Part shown: positions 1 to 11,503 of the stretch, piece by piece
Layout of the letters: the number at the start of each line of letters is the position of its first letter
Position numbering within the stretch: the stretch's first letter is position 1
Assembly: GCA_038496445.1 (NCBI GenBank)
Contig: JALMLS010000167.1
Coordinates: 1-32,750, forward strand
From: Trichosphaerium sp. ATCC 40318
Taxonomy: Eukaryota > Protista > Tubulinea
Direction: 5' to 3'
Length of the DNA: 32,750 nt
Made by a program: the position numbers and the translations under genes
Notes under the pieces: model-generated
Databases searched by the model: none
What the model saw: the letters and a program-made list of their open reading frames with translations, nothing else
Told to the model about the DNA's origin: nothing

Positions 1-973
1 AGCATCCAACGCGTTTTATGTACCTTAAAAATCCACGTAATAGAGTACCATACGTTCTAATATTCGGAATAACACCATGTTCATGCATTTCATTCAGAAC
101 AACCAATGCTTGATCCATCATCATTTCATTGACGTAACCTTTTGGAAAAAAAAAAAATTGCTGTCAGAATCACATATTTTATTGGTCTTTAAACGTACCT
201 TTTAGCACCGTCGTAAATACTACTGTATTTGGTTTAATCCCAGGAGTATTTTTAAGTTCTTCAAAAGTATCATTAAGCTTCTGGGAGTGCCCAATTCTAA
301 AAAACAATTTTTAGAACAAAAAGTGTTAAAAAACAGGTCAAGTACTAACCTGGCGTAAACGTTTAGGAGTGCTGAGTATGAGTATATATCAGGCTTTAGT
401 CCAGTTTCAAGTAACTGCTCCCATAGGGCCTCTGCAAGCTCGACATTTCGATATTTTGCGGCATCATTCATGTGACGGTTGTATAGTTTTAAATTGCTTC
501 TCTTACGCGTTGTAGTAAGGATGCGCACCATTTTCTCGCGCCAAACGTCAACTGGAGGAAGATCTTCTGGAGAAAAAATGATTAATAAACTGTTTATACG
601 TTTTAATAACGTAAATAGCTTTATGAAAGTGTGCTTACGCTCTTTATCGGGTCTAAACCTGTCTTCATCTCCTTGGCCTTTTTGAAGCCCTCTACCGCGG
701 CTTCGTACAGATACATCCACTTGTCTGAATGAGGGATTCTCCGCTGGGCGTTCTACACGCGTTGCCTGTATTTTTCGCTTTTTTCTTGCTTTAACACGCT
801 ATCAGTACAATAGTCTAAAATACTTTCGTACCAGGTATTGGAGTATCTCTAGCACTATCTATGAGGTTTTTCCAGTTTGTTGTTTTCAATTTATGGTCAA
901 ATTCCATGTGCCGTGGGCGCTTATAACCGCCATCGCGATTATTGCGATTATTTCTTGATTTGTTCCTTGACAT
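1..973 (-). CDS. Pentatricopeptide-repeat (PPR) protein, multi-exon, runs off the left edge of the window
   Basis: ATG at 973 (MSRNKSRNN...). Removing GT-AG introns gives consecutive 35-aa PPR motifs: LYNRHMNDAAKYRNVELAEALWEQLLETGLKPDIY / SYSALLNVYARIGHSQKLNDTFEELKNTPGIKPNTV / VFTTVLKGYVNEMMMDQALVVLNEMHEHGVIPNIR / TYGTLLRGFLR. Confidence 0.9.
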
Positions 974-1121
974 TTTAACAAAAGCGTACAAGTTCAAATA
1001 AATAAAAGATGTTTGTTGACTTTTTTGTTGTGCGCTTTTTTACCCATTAAGTAAAGTCACGCAGTAATAGCAACATTATTACGACTGTATAATACGTTTG
1101 TACCTGTTGTATTTAGATCCT

Positions 1122-3419
1122 ATGGATTCAAAATGGCTATTACGCGCTCTGGTTATTATTGGTTTATGCCACTCAGTTTCAGCTCTTGTAGTGACAAACG
1201 CTACAAAATACGTGGGAATGGTGCGTAATAATAATCACATTTGTCAGCTCCTTTAAAATTACTAACAACGGCTTAAAAAGAGCTTCAATACGCCTAGAAT
1301 GAGAGCAGTAGCAAAATCTTGGAGTGAAACCTTTCAAGACATATCACTTGTACTGTCAACGCGTGCAAATGTATCCAACAGGTACGCAGAAACGGTTTAA
1401 TCCAATTGCCTTTTTTGCAGTTGGCGTTTGGTTTTTTTATCTTTTGTTGTAAACCTCATTAAAGCTCACACCAGACACAATTAGGCTTGTTTTGTGGCTT
1501 GAAGAGGAAAAATTAGAAGATGACTCCGGTATAGGACGAGCGTACGAAAGTGGTGCAAAAGGAGTTATATTCATTAGCGCACGTACGGTTAACTGCCTTG
1601 TTCGAATTCTAGTCTATTTTGATCAAACAACTTTTTTCGTTTGAATTCTGGACTTGTTTAAACATGTCCTAACGCAGCTCAACAGCTATTACAATACCTC
1701 CCGTCACCTTTTATTCAAAACAAGAAATTAGTACTTAAGTGAGTAAAACGTCTAAAACTAGGTTTACGTAGGTAGAATCGCTGGGTTGTTCATAATGACA
1801 CATCCTGATAAGGTTAAAGACTATGCTGGAGTAAATTTTCCCACATTTCAAATATCTAAGCAAGACGGCCTTCAACTCGAGGAATTAATATGCGCAAATA
1901 ACGGATCAATCCAGGTTACGATTGATGGCAATGGTACGAACACCCTAACTTTTTTTTCAAGTGTCAGAAATCGTGATTCTTTTTTTTTCTTTTTTTTTTT
2001 TCTTTGATTGTGTCCCAATCGAGTGGTGTGGGCTGACTTGTTTAGATACTAATGTTTGGGAAGAGTATCTTCGAAATATAGTAAATATTCTATTATTCAA
2101 TGTATTGCTGGGTTCATTTGCTCTAATAACAATGGCGTTTGCAGCTGCCAAGTTTTATCAATATACTGTAATAAATGTACGATTTCAAGAATGTACTTTT
2201 TTTTTTGGTTTCTTAAAAGATTCTTAGGGATTGCACTGGTCTGTTTGTCAAGTATGCCTTAGCATGGAAATTTTTGCAAATTTTGGTACGCTTATACCCA
2301 CATCTAATAACACAGTCTCAGAGAGGCAGTTTTTTAATTTAAAGCTTGTGTAAACTGATTTTTGTATTTGTAGTGAGGGCGTTTTATTTGTTCATAGATC
2401 CAGTATTTACAAGGCTTATATTCCCAGATATTTTAGCAAATATATTACTATCCATAACATTCCCTTTTATGCTACTCACAACTGTATTAATTGGTTTATA
2501 TTGGTACACCGAATTTGTTGATAAGCAAATTTATTGGAAATTCTGACTCTTTTTTTTTTCTCAGGCAGGAACTAAGCAGGAGGCAATCTGTCGCTATACT
2601 GGTTTTTATTAAAAGAATGAAGATACCTTTCTATATTGTATTCTGTACTCTTCTATTATTTGATATCGTTTCTGCTAGTATGAGGTCTATAGTACAGGTA
2701 CGTCAATGGTTTTGCGTTCTTGAATATAGTCAGTTTCACTGAACCTTGTTTAGTCGATTGGTGAACAAATGGTGTTTGCTGCATCTTCGATTTACCTTAT
2801 ACTCACTATTCTTATTGTTATTTTTTTCCTTTGGGCTGGATCAGCTATTTTAAGTAAGCTCGAGGTTCCGTCTGATTCTCAATCAAAACAAAACAAGAGG
2901 TTGAAAAGGCTCAGACTTGTTACGATTCTTATCATGTCAAGCGCTATTTTTCAAGTTGTTCCCATAGTTGCTGTAGCTATTACATTATCAACAGGTCTAA
3001 TTTGGTACCTTTGAATATTCTAAGAACTAAACAAAGTCTTCGTAGTCTTCATAAACATTTTCTCTTTTTTTTCTTGTTTTTTTTTATTCACGTTGTTTTA
3101 ATGACTTTTTTGTAGGGAGTATCCTGAGCTATATACTACTTCTTGGTTCGTTTTCTATTTTTGTATTATTGCTACAAGTTTTATTCAAATAATGGCTTGG
3201 GGGACTTCACGTAAGAAAGGAGGAAGTACAAGAAATACTTCAAGTTATATATCAACAACACAAAGAGCCACAGGTGTTGATAAGAGTATTGCTGACGCAT
3301 CTAATTTTAATAATAATAACACTTCTGGTACAGTTACTTCTATACCAGTTGATGATGAAACTAAAACGGTAAATGGCAAGGATGAAAAGGAGTCTGTTGA
3401 TAGTCTTGAAAACTGCTAA
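1122..3419 (+). CDS. Signal peptide + protease-associated (PA)-like domain + multi-pass (about 7 TM) membrane protein with S/T/N-rich cytosolic tail
   Basis: Signal peptide MDSKWLLRALVIIGLCHSVSA. PA-like motifs RAYESGAKGVIFIS and VNFPTFQISKQDGLQLEELI...VTIDG. Hydrophobic helices follow (e.g. QVCLSMEIFANFVRAFYLFIDP, ILLSITFPFMLLTTVLIGLYW). Exons join via GT-AG introns and the stop is at 3419. Confidence 0.75.
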
Positions 3420-3774
3420 GAAAAAAACAAGGAAAAAATATAAACTCAATGTAATTATAAAATGAAATAAAAGACACAACAGTGGATAAGTCAGTTTTGT
3501 AGCAATAATTTAAAAGCATAAGTATATACTCTAATTAAAATGACAACCATTTGCAGTGTTTGACAAAGACTGCTAAAATGTCGATCTCAAGCACTAATAC
3601 CCTCAAATATTTTGTAATGCGCATCAAATAACTCTTCACAACACTCATCGAAGACATAGAAACTTGAAATTCAACAGCTACTAATTATACAATACAACGT
3701 ATATTACACTGAAACTTTAAGAATGTAATAGTTCTGAAATTTGTGCTTACAACAATCACGTTTCGTCAGAATAG

Positions 3775-4459
3775 TTAATAAATTTCAAGTGATTCTCCCT
3801 TTGGAGACCATCTTTTCGTTATGCCAACAGTGTTACCTTTATCATATGTTTTTGTTTCAGCTAATACCTTACCATACATGCAATCTTCTGGGCAGTGGTA
3901 CCTTTGAACAAAACAAATTAGTATCAAGTTTTTTTTTCCTTTTTTTTTCTTCTTTTTTTTTACCTTTTGTATTCGCCATGTAATTGATTATTGTCGTAAT
4001 GACTCGATATCCATATACTCCCATTACTAAAATACTCTATTGACGGCCCATGCTTTTTCCCTTTTACAAAATAACACTCTGATACTATATTTCCTTGTTC
4101 ATCCCATCGTCTTAAATTACCTTCATGCAACCCATTTTTTGTATAAAACTGAATTGCTAACCTTCCATTTGACCACCACCATCGTGTTACACCCTCAGTC
4201 TTATCACCTGATATCCAACTCTCACTCCTTAAATTGCCTAAGAGTTACAAGCTTGTCAGTACGGAGGTGTGAGCTTTTAGAGTATTGTACCTAATGCATC
4301 CCATTTTCTCCAATGGCCACGTTTATTCAAATTATTATCGAACCTTGAGCACGTGGCTGCTGCAAAACATAGTTCAGGCCATGCCATAAATACTTCTCTG
4401 TCCAATTCGTATATGAGACGATGAATCTCAACGGGTAGAGTCATCAGAAAAGATGTCAT
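3775..4459 (-). CDS. F-box-like N-terminus + MORN-variant (YwqK-type) repeat protein, 2 introns
   Basis: N-terminus MTSFLMTLPVEIHRLIYELD is F-box-like. The spliced product has repeats EGVTRWWWSNGRL, NGLHEGNLRRWDEQGNI, KGKKHGPSIEYFSNGSI, NNQLHGEYKRYH and KGNTVGITKRWSPKG. Stop at 3775-3777. Confidence 0.8.
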
Positions 4460-4791
4460 TTCGCTCGAACCTTCTTTTAGTTGTTTTAACGCTTTTTCGC
4501 TTTACACGCTATAGTATGAGCGTAGACGACTTACCAATCGTCCAAATAATAACTGGGCGTACTGTAGCCCAAAAGTAGAGCGGGTGGTGCTAATTTAGCG
4601 GTTGGAACGTGATATTATGCAGCAAGCGTAAACCTGAAGCTACTGCTTGTTTTTTACCTGAAAAAGCGTCTACGGTAAAAATGGAAAGCGAATGTTCAAG
4701 CAAGTCGCTGTAAGTCGTTAAACATACCAGATTTGCCTGTACAAAGGTATACCACTACACCGTTGCTGTACGCTCAGTTGACTTGCTTTAG

Positions 4792-6681
4792 ATGCGAATT
4801 GCTGTTATTTTCCTTTGTTTGGCGATTGCTAGCGCTGTAGCTATGCAATCCATGTCTATCAAGCGTACTAAGCCTGGTGTAAGCACTAACGACTTGAGAA
4901 ATTTCCTTAGACTTGACCATCCTGGCAAAAACATCCCTGTGGGCGGTAATATTGTTCCTCTTGGTATTTTTTATATTGAGGTAACAATTGGCTCTCCTCC
5001 CGTCATTTTCAATGTTGCTTTCGACACTGGTACGTTTAAACGCCCACATACACCGTACGTCGCTAACAAGAACAGGAAGCGGCGATTTAATTGTACCAGG
5101 CGAAGGTTGTGTAGGATGTCATCTAGAGAGTACGTGATACCCATAAAAATGATAGTAATTGTATTAGAGGAGGGTATTTACGTTCCTGAAAACTCCACGA
5201 GCTCAAAGAAAGTTGACTGTGAATTTTTCACTTGCCCTAAATGCGTCGTACGCTCTTTATACTTTCAACACCGCTTTACTGATTAACATACTCGCTAACA
5301 GAACCAACAATGCGCTTTCAAAAACACGTACGACTTTTCGAACAGAAAACTTTCCTTTTTCGTTTTATATGGCTTTAACTGCTTGCAAATGTGACATTAC
5401 CGTGTGCTGTAGTATATGAACATATTTTAAACGAACTTGTGGAACACAGTGCCGAGAAACGACTTGATTTTTTTTTTCAAACTTTTTTTTTCTTTTTTGC
5501 TAACTTTTTTGACCTTGTAGCTACGAAACATGTAATATCACTGATCCAAACCAACCTTGTACTGTAAGCGGTCCTGTATACGAAGATGTAACTGCTCTTG
5601 CTGGTCTCAGCACACCTGTTCGCTTTGGAACAATCGTACGAGATTTGTTTTAATCAATTCAGTTGACTTACTCGTTTTTTGACCTCTAGACTTTCCAAAC
5701 AGCAAACTTTGAACAATTTTATGTCATTGATGGTGTAATTGGTTTCGCAGATAGCTCTGGTTTTGGTGTACGTTTACTTTAAGTGACAATAAGTTGTATT
5801 GAACACTAACATGATAAACAAGGCCACAACACCTTTTGCTTCATTGGCAAAAGCAGGAAAGGTCGATAATGTATTCTCATGGTGTTTTAACGCTGGTAAA
5901 TTTCCTCACTCTGGTGTTCTTACTATTGGTGGTGCTGATCCTAAATACTACACTGGTGAGATCTCATACACACCACTTACATCCGGATACTTCAAGCACG
6001 TTCACTTTATTGTGTTTCCTTGAAAATCAATAGTTTTTTCTTACTTGTTCCTAGTGGCTACACTATTGAACCACAGGTTTGAGCCTTGGTCAAGACTCTA
6101 TCAGATCTAGTAGTGCTGGTACGTAGTTGTATAAACGAGTTATACAGCAGGTTTTTTGTTAAATGTTTGATATTAGAGTACATTATTGATAGTGGTACCA
6201 ATACCTTGCTTCTAAGCCAAGATGATTACCAATTGATCAAAAAGCAGTTCATTGGAAACTGTAATGGTGTCAGGTTACCTGGTATCTGCAACAGTGGAAA
6301 GACTTTCTTTGATGGTGTTTGCTTTGAGGTAAAAAAACCAAAAAACCAAACAAACTTGACACACGAGCTAGGTCTCTGCTGATGAGATGAAAGATTTCCC
6401 AACAGTATCAATGAAATTCTCTGGTGATGTAACCATGACAATGAGTGCTGAAGAGTATCTCTTACCAGATATTAAGAAAGGTAAAGAAACGTCAACTTTT
6501 CTTATTTTTTTCTGACTCCTTGTTTACAGGCGGTGACTACAAATGCTTTGGTATCCTTCCTAGTTCAATTCCTATTATTGGTGATGTCCTCATGAAGCCA
6601 TACTACACCGTTATCGACAATGCACAACAAAGATTCGGATTTGCTCCTGTAGATCGCACTGCTTGCTTAAAAGGAGTATAA
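4792..6681 (+). CDS. Secreted pepsin-family (peptidase A1) aspartic protease, multi-exon, with one apparent 1-nt frame break near 6070
   Basis: Signal peptide MRIAVIFLCLAIASAVA. Both catalytic motifs are present: FNVAFDTGSGDL (spliced) and YIIDSGT. Also FSWCF, GVLTIGG...YYTGEISYTPL and C-terminal IIGDVLMKPYYTVIDNAQQRFGFA. Confidence 0.93.
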
Positions 6682-6899
6682 ATCGCAAATAAACATATTT
6701 TTCTCGACATTGTTTTTCGTAGCGACTGCCTAAGTTTCACTGGTAGTTACATGCGTTCAGTTTTGGTCAAGTTAAATCTTTGCCAGTTGAAACTACAAAA
6801 TAGTGTTTGGATAGATAGACAGCGTCATAATTACCATGTTGTAGATGAATACGCCATTATACGCGCATTGTAAGTTAATATAAGCTTATACGTTTGAAA

Positions 6900-9189
6900 A
6901 TGTTAAATGTCACAGCTAGGAGATTGCCAAGCGCACTTGTGAACGAAAATATCATTAAAACACGCTTTAAACGTACAATAACGAAAAAAAGACGTACCAA
7001 GGTACCAAGTGGATATTGGGATAGCAAAGACAATCAACGCACTTTTTTTGCCCATGTAGAAGAGGAATTAGGCATTACAAAGCATGAACAGTGGTATTCA
7101 GTGTCAACAAATGATATTGCGTCTTTGGGAGGCAAAACAATGCTGTTAAGGTATTAATACGCGTCGTGACGCCCTTACAACTAGTTTGAGGCAAAAACTG
7201 CTTTTTTGATTTGTGATGCTTATTTGTTAGTAGATATAGCAATTCCCTGTATAAAGCTCTATGTACATTATACCCAAAGGTTAATTGGATTAAATGGCGT
7301 TTCGTGTACGAAATTCCACTTCTTTTTTCCAAGTTTTTTTTTCTTTCCTCTCTTCTCCGTTGTTCTGTTCTGAACATGATTTTATTGATACTCTAATAGA
7401 AAATTACATTCTCCAGATAATCACAGGGTTCAGATAAACATATTAGCGAAGGATATGAATGTTAAAACACTTGATGATTGGTATAATGTTAACTACAGTG
7501 AAATACGAAATAGAGGGATAAGTAATATTCTTACAAAGTGAGTTAGTTGTTGCACACGTGATATTGAAAAATAACAATATTTATTTAGATTCAGTGGGTC
7601 TATATATAGGTGTCTTGAGGCTATATATAGCGATTATGATTGGCAATTATGGAAGTTCAAGTGCGTTCTTTATCCTTGAGATTTTTTTTATTTTTTTTTT
7701 CGGGTTCAACAGTTGATATAGATTCCTAATTCTTTTAGGAATCCTCCAAAAGGAGCTTATGGTGAAGGAAAATCTCAGATGTCTGCATCTGAAGATATGG
7801 CAGAGCACCTCGGTATTAAAACATTTGATGGGTGGTACAATATATCAGGTAAAGATTTTCGGCGTAATGGCACTCTATCTCTACTCTCAAAGTAAGTTTG
7901 CAGAAACGCATACTACTTAATTACCACCTAACATTTTTAAAAGGTACGACATGGATATTCCTTCAGCACTTCAATCTCTCTACCCAGTATACAATTGGGA
8001 TGACAGTCAGTTTAAGTAAGTTCAAACTTAACTGATTTCTCATTTTTGGTTCTCACCAGTTTGCAAAGGTTCAAAAAGCGTATTATGACGCCTATGGCTA
8101 AGCTATGGAAATCAGGTGATCATGTCAATACGATGAGAATTCTTGAACAAAAACTTAAGGTCTATGAACCTGAATCATGGTACGTCATACAAAGCAGCTC
8201 TAATGTTAACTTAAGGAAGGTATCGAATATCACTTGCGCAGCTTTTAGAGCATGCTGGTGGTTCTGGTGTATACTTGGCGTTTCCCAATGTACTATCCTT
8301 GATGTATCCAAATGTTAGATGGAGATGGAAATCATTTGCTTTGAGTAACAAGAAGTCTAGACAAAGGTAGCAACTTTTTAGCTATGTTTTTTTTTTGACT
8401 TGTGCAAGAATTTTGATTGAGAGCATCCGCAAGGTTCTACCTCAAGCTAAAGTTCTAGAAGAGCAATACATAGATGTAAGAGAGTATCAAAAATCTCTAC
8501 TAAGTGTAGATGCGTTTTTACCAGAGTATAATCTAGCGTTTGAGTATCAAGGTAATTTCTAAAAAAAAAAAAAAGAAAGCGAATCAAAGTTGTTTAAGCA
8601 CGCTAAAAATACAACCAAGGTGAACAACATTTTCATGATGTACTTCCGCATGATGTTCCTTCGGTTGTAAGTAAGGCAAGGGATGAAGAAAAGAGACACT
8701 TACTAAAAGAATCTGGTACTACAATGCTTCAAAGAAAAACCATTCTAAAACGGCACTAACTTTTTCATTCGAAAAGGCGTAACACTTGTGGCTATTCCGT
8801 ATTGGTACCTTTTTTAGAATTTTTACATTTTTAAACTACTACAGTATTATACAATATCGTCATTATATTTTAAAGACAGACACTGTTCTGCTTACTTCAA
8901 TATTGTAACATAAAAATAACACCTTTTTTTTTTTAAACTATGACGCATCTCTATTTGTTTTTGACTGCTTTTTTGCAGGTGGAATGGTGATATAGATGTT
9001 CTAGGTGCCACAATAATGTATTATAGAGAAGATATAAAATGTAATTGCAACTGGAAGGACGCTGAGCCTATTCTTATTGACGAGTTTGATGAGAACCCAA
9101 AATTTAAAAGAAAAATAGGAACTGTAATGAACCCTGCAAAGTTACTTGCTTGTACGTCTATTTTTTATCCCCATTGTAGTTATACATAA
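6900..9189 (+). CDS. Protein with 4 tandem ~60-aa Trp-rich repeats and a C-terminal PD-(D/E)XK-like (DUF559/Vsr/RAP-type) nuclease domain; possible mitochondrial presequence
   Basis: Hand splicing of about 11 GT-AG introns gives an uninterrupted frame. Repeat consensus is L.IK...WY.V....I...G...LL.RY..SL..AL..LYP...W..W.F. The C-terminal domain reads LSVDAFLPEYNLAFEYQGEQHFHD...RDEEKRHLLKESGVTLVAIPYWW. The N-terminus is Arg/Lys-rich. The exact 3' end is uncertain. Confidence 0.8.
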
Positions 9190-9449
9190 CATAATGATAT
9201 CATTATAGAACAATATCATTAACTCAAAATACCACCGAGCAATAACCTGCTTTCTTGTATAATTAAAAGATTTAACAAAACGTTGATGTGAAAAGTCTTG
9301 ATTAAGAGAAAATCAATGAATGCTTTAATCAAAGTTACGCATTTATTGGTGGCGTCATAAATCAAATCTTATATGGAAAATAATATCTTGAACTTATCAC
9401 GTGATGTGTAAAGGATACAACACACAAATAGCATGTGATGCATGTATCA

Positions 9450-10620
9450 AGGAAAATAAGTGTTGCATAGTACGTGTGACACTGTGTCAAGTTCTGTTAT
9501 GCTTTCTTTTAACGTATGACTGCTTTTAGTGTCATCATAGAAATAGCATCCCATTTTAAGCTGGTTAAGTCCATACCCAATAGGCTCAATAGTTGATTTT
9601 TTGGACCAATCAACTTCTTTGCTCAACTTTTAAAGAAAATTAATTGGAAAAAGAAATAACAAAGAGACTAGCACTGCATCCATACTTTTTCACGAATTTG
9701 TTCCTCGATAAGTGCCAGGTCTACAATAGAGTTTAGAGGCCTCATAAATAGCGTATAAATTATTACTTAATTCACTAAGAGGCAGTAGTAGATGTAGAAT
9801 GGCAAAACATGAAGAGATTTTTAACTTTTGAAAGACTTGCCTGTTTCTGCATTAGCAGGTCTTATAATGAACTGAGCTTTGCATATAGGGAACTTTTTCT
9901 GCTTTTGTATGTTTGAGGAATCATCCTACAAAATATCACATGAGCGATGACAAGTTTCGTAGTCAGTTTTTTTTTGAAGTACTTTTTTTTCCCAAGTGCG
10001 TTGTTCTTCTTTACTGAAAGACGATACTTGGTTAAACCACCGTAAAACGTTTTGTAATCGTTGATCTATCACCTTAGGCAGGTGTTCAAGTGCTTTAACA
10101 TCTGCTGACGTTGGTTCAGAGCTATTATCATAATATCAACAGCCACAGCTTTTATATTGCATTATTTTACCCGTTTATGTATTTGTTAGTGCTTAGATGC
10201 GTATTCAGTGCCTCAAGTCCCTAAATCTGCGTTAGATTCAAACCATTCAATGAGCGCTTTCTTTATCATCGTAGTACTGTTTAGCCATTGTTGATGAGTT
10301 GGTTTATCGGGTTTCCGTTGCACGATTTAAGTCAACCAATGTAGATAGATACGCAGATAGTCAAAATCGTTCACGGTATTTTTCCAAACACAAAGTTTCC
10401 TTGTACTCCACTGCTCTCTAAGTGCCTATATCGCTATGTGCAGAAGTTTTGTAGCTCCTGAGGGTAAAATTATCTCTGTACGTGCGTCTTATTGGCCCCA
10501 CTGGGAAAAAAGTGCATGTGTATGGTCGTAATGGCTCCAAACCATTGCCAGTACGCTGTAAACATCCAAAAAAACTATCTCTGGAAATTTTGAAGGAGTC
10601 TGTACGTAGGGAAACGAAAT
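9450..10620 (-). pseudogene. Possible decayed coding sequence of unknown family
   Basis: Long near-open minus-strand frames are broken by isolated stops (e.g. ...SAHSDIGT*RAVEYKETLCLEKYRERF*LSAYLSTLVDLNRAT; YYDNSSEPTSADVKALEHLPKVIDQRLQNVLRWFNQ). No intact gene model could be built. Confidence 0.3.
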
Positions 10621-11397
10621 AGTTCTATTTATTCTGTTTGTGCAAACTGAATTAGTTGTTTGTACGTCAAGATCACTTTGTGCATACTAAAAATGTTGTA
10701 TGAGCTCACGTACACGGCAAACGCCAAAGTAACTTTTATTTGTAAAAGCGTTTTTTTTGAGCTATTATTTTCGGTCATTTCGCGTAATCAAAACTATTTG
10801 GTGACGTTTCTCATGCGTAAGTAATGTGGTTGGGAGGAACTTTGCTTGTTTTATAGTGTAAACTCTACCTTTTGTACTGACACACTCCAATTACATGTAC
10901 ATTAGCTAATAGAATGGTTTTAAGGAATTACAGGTCATTTGTTGTACGAGAGTACGAGACTTTTGGTTTTCACGTAACTGGTAACAAAAACCTAAATCAG
11001 GCACAAGTCACTTTTACTCCCCAAAATTGTACCATCACAAGGTACACGTTATAAATAACATTAGTAACGATTCTTTGTGCCATGTACAATTAAAAACCCA
11101 AACTAGAAACAAAAGGACGTGTATTAAGCATTTTTAGATGCGTTTAGGGCAGTAGGGATGCTCAAATAGTGTTTCTTTTATCGTTGAACTGATCTTTGTT
11201 TATCGCTGTGTGCTGGGCGGAAAACGTACAGTGACAACGTAACTTGGGATGTAAAACATATGTAGCGTACGCAGGATTCACAAAACAAGGAGCATTGCGT
11301 GTACGAGCTATTGGACTTTGGGTGGATATTGCAAAAGAATTTGCCTATCCCGCCAGATTCTATATCGGGTCCGTTGCACGCGTTAAGTCAACCAATG
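10305..11397. repeat. Imperfect ~36-bp direct repeat (10305-10341 and 11363-11397)
   Basis: tatcgggtttccgttgcacgatttaagtcaaccaatg vs tatcgggt--ccgttgcacgcgttaagtcaaccaatg. Confidence 0.75.
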
Positions 11398-11503
11398 GTA
11401 TCGTATTGTTAAGTCACTTGCAGAGATTTAGGCCGTTTAGTTTTTAACGCTTTCGCAGTTGCAACTGACCGAAAAAAAAGTTGATAGCAATGAATGCGAA
11501 TGT

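Noticed and set aside
479-685. Antisense and alternative-frame ORFs in the track (also 3741-4294, 12439-12621, 13525-14181, 19951-20184, 24224-24493 and others)
   Set aside because: They overlap well-supported genes on the opposite strand or read through introns, and have no recognisable motifs.
1575-1775. Apparent GC donor or frameshift in the PA-TM gene
   Set aside because: A GT donor (C|GTACGG) followed by a 31-nt GT-AG intron ending aaaactag keeps the frame open.
1950-2005. Long poly-T tracts (also ~3930-3960, ~8560 poly-A, ~28060-28085)
   Set aside because: Ordinary intronic or intergenic homopolymers in an AT-rich genome.
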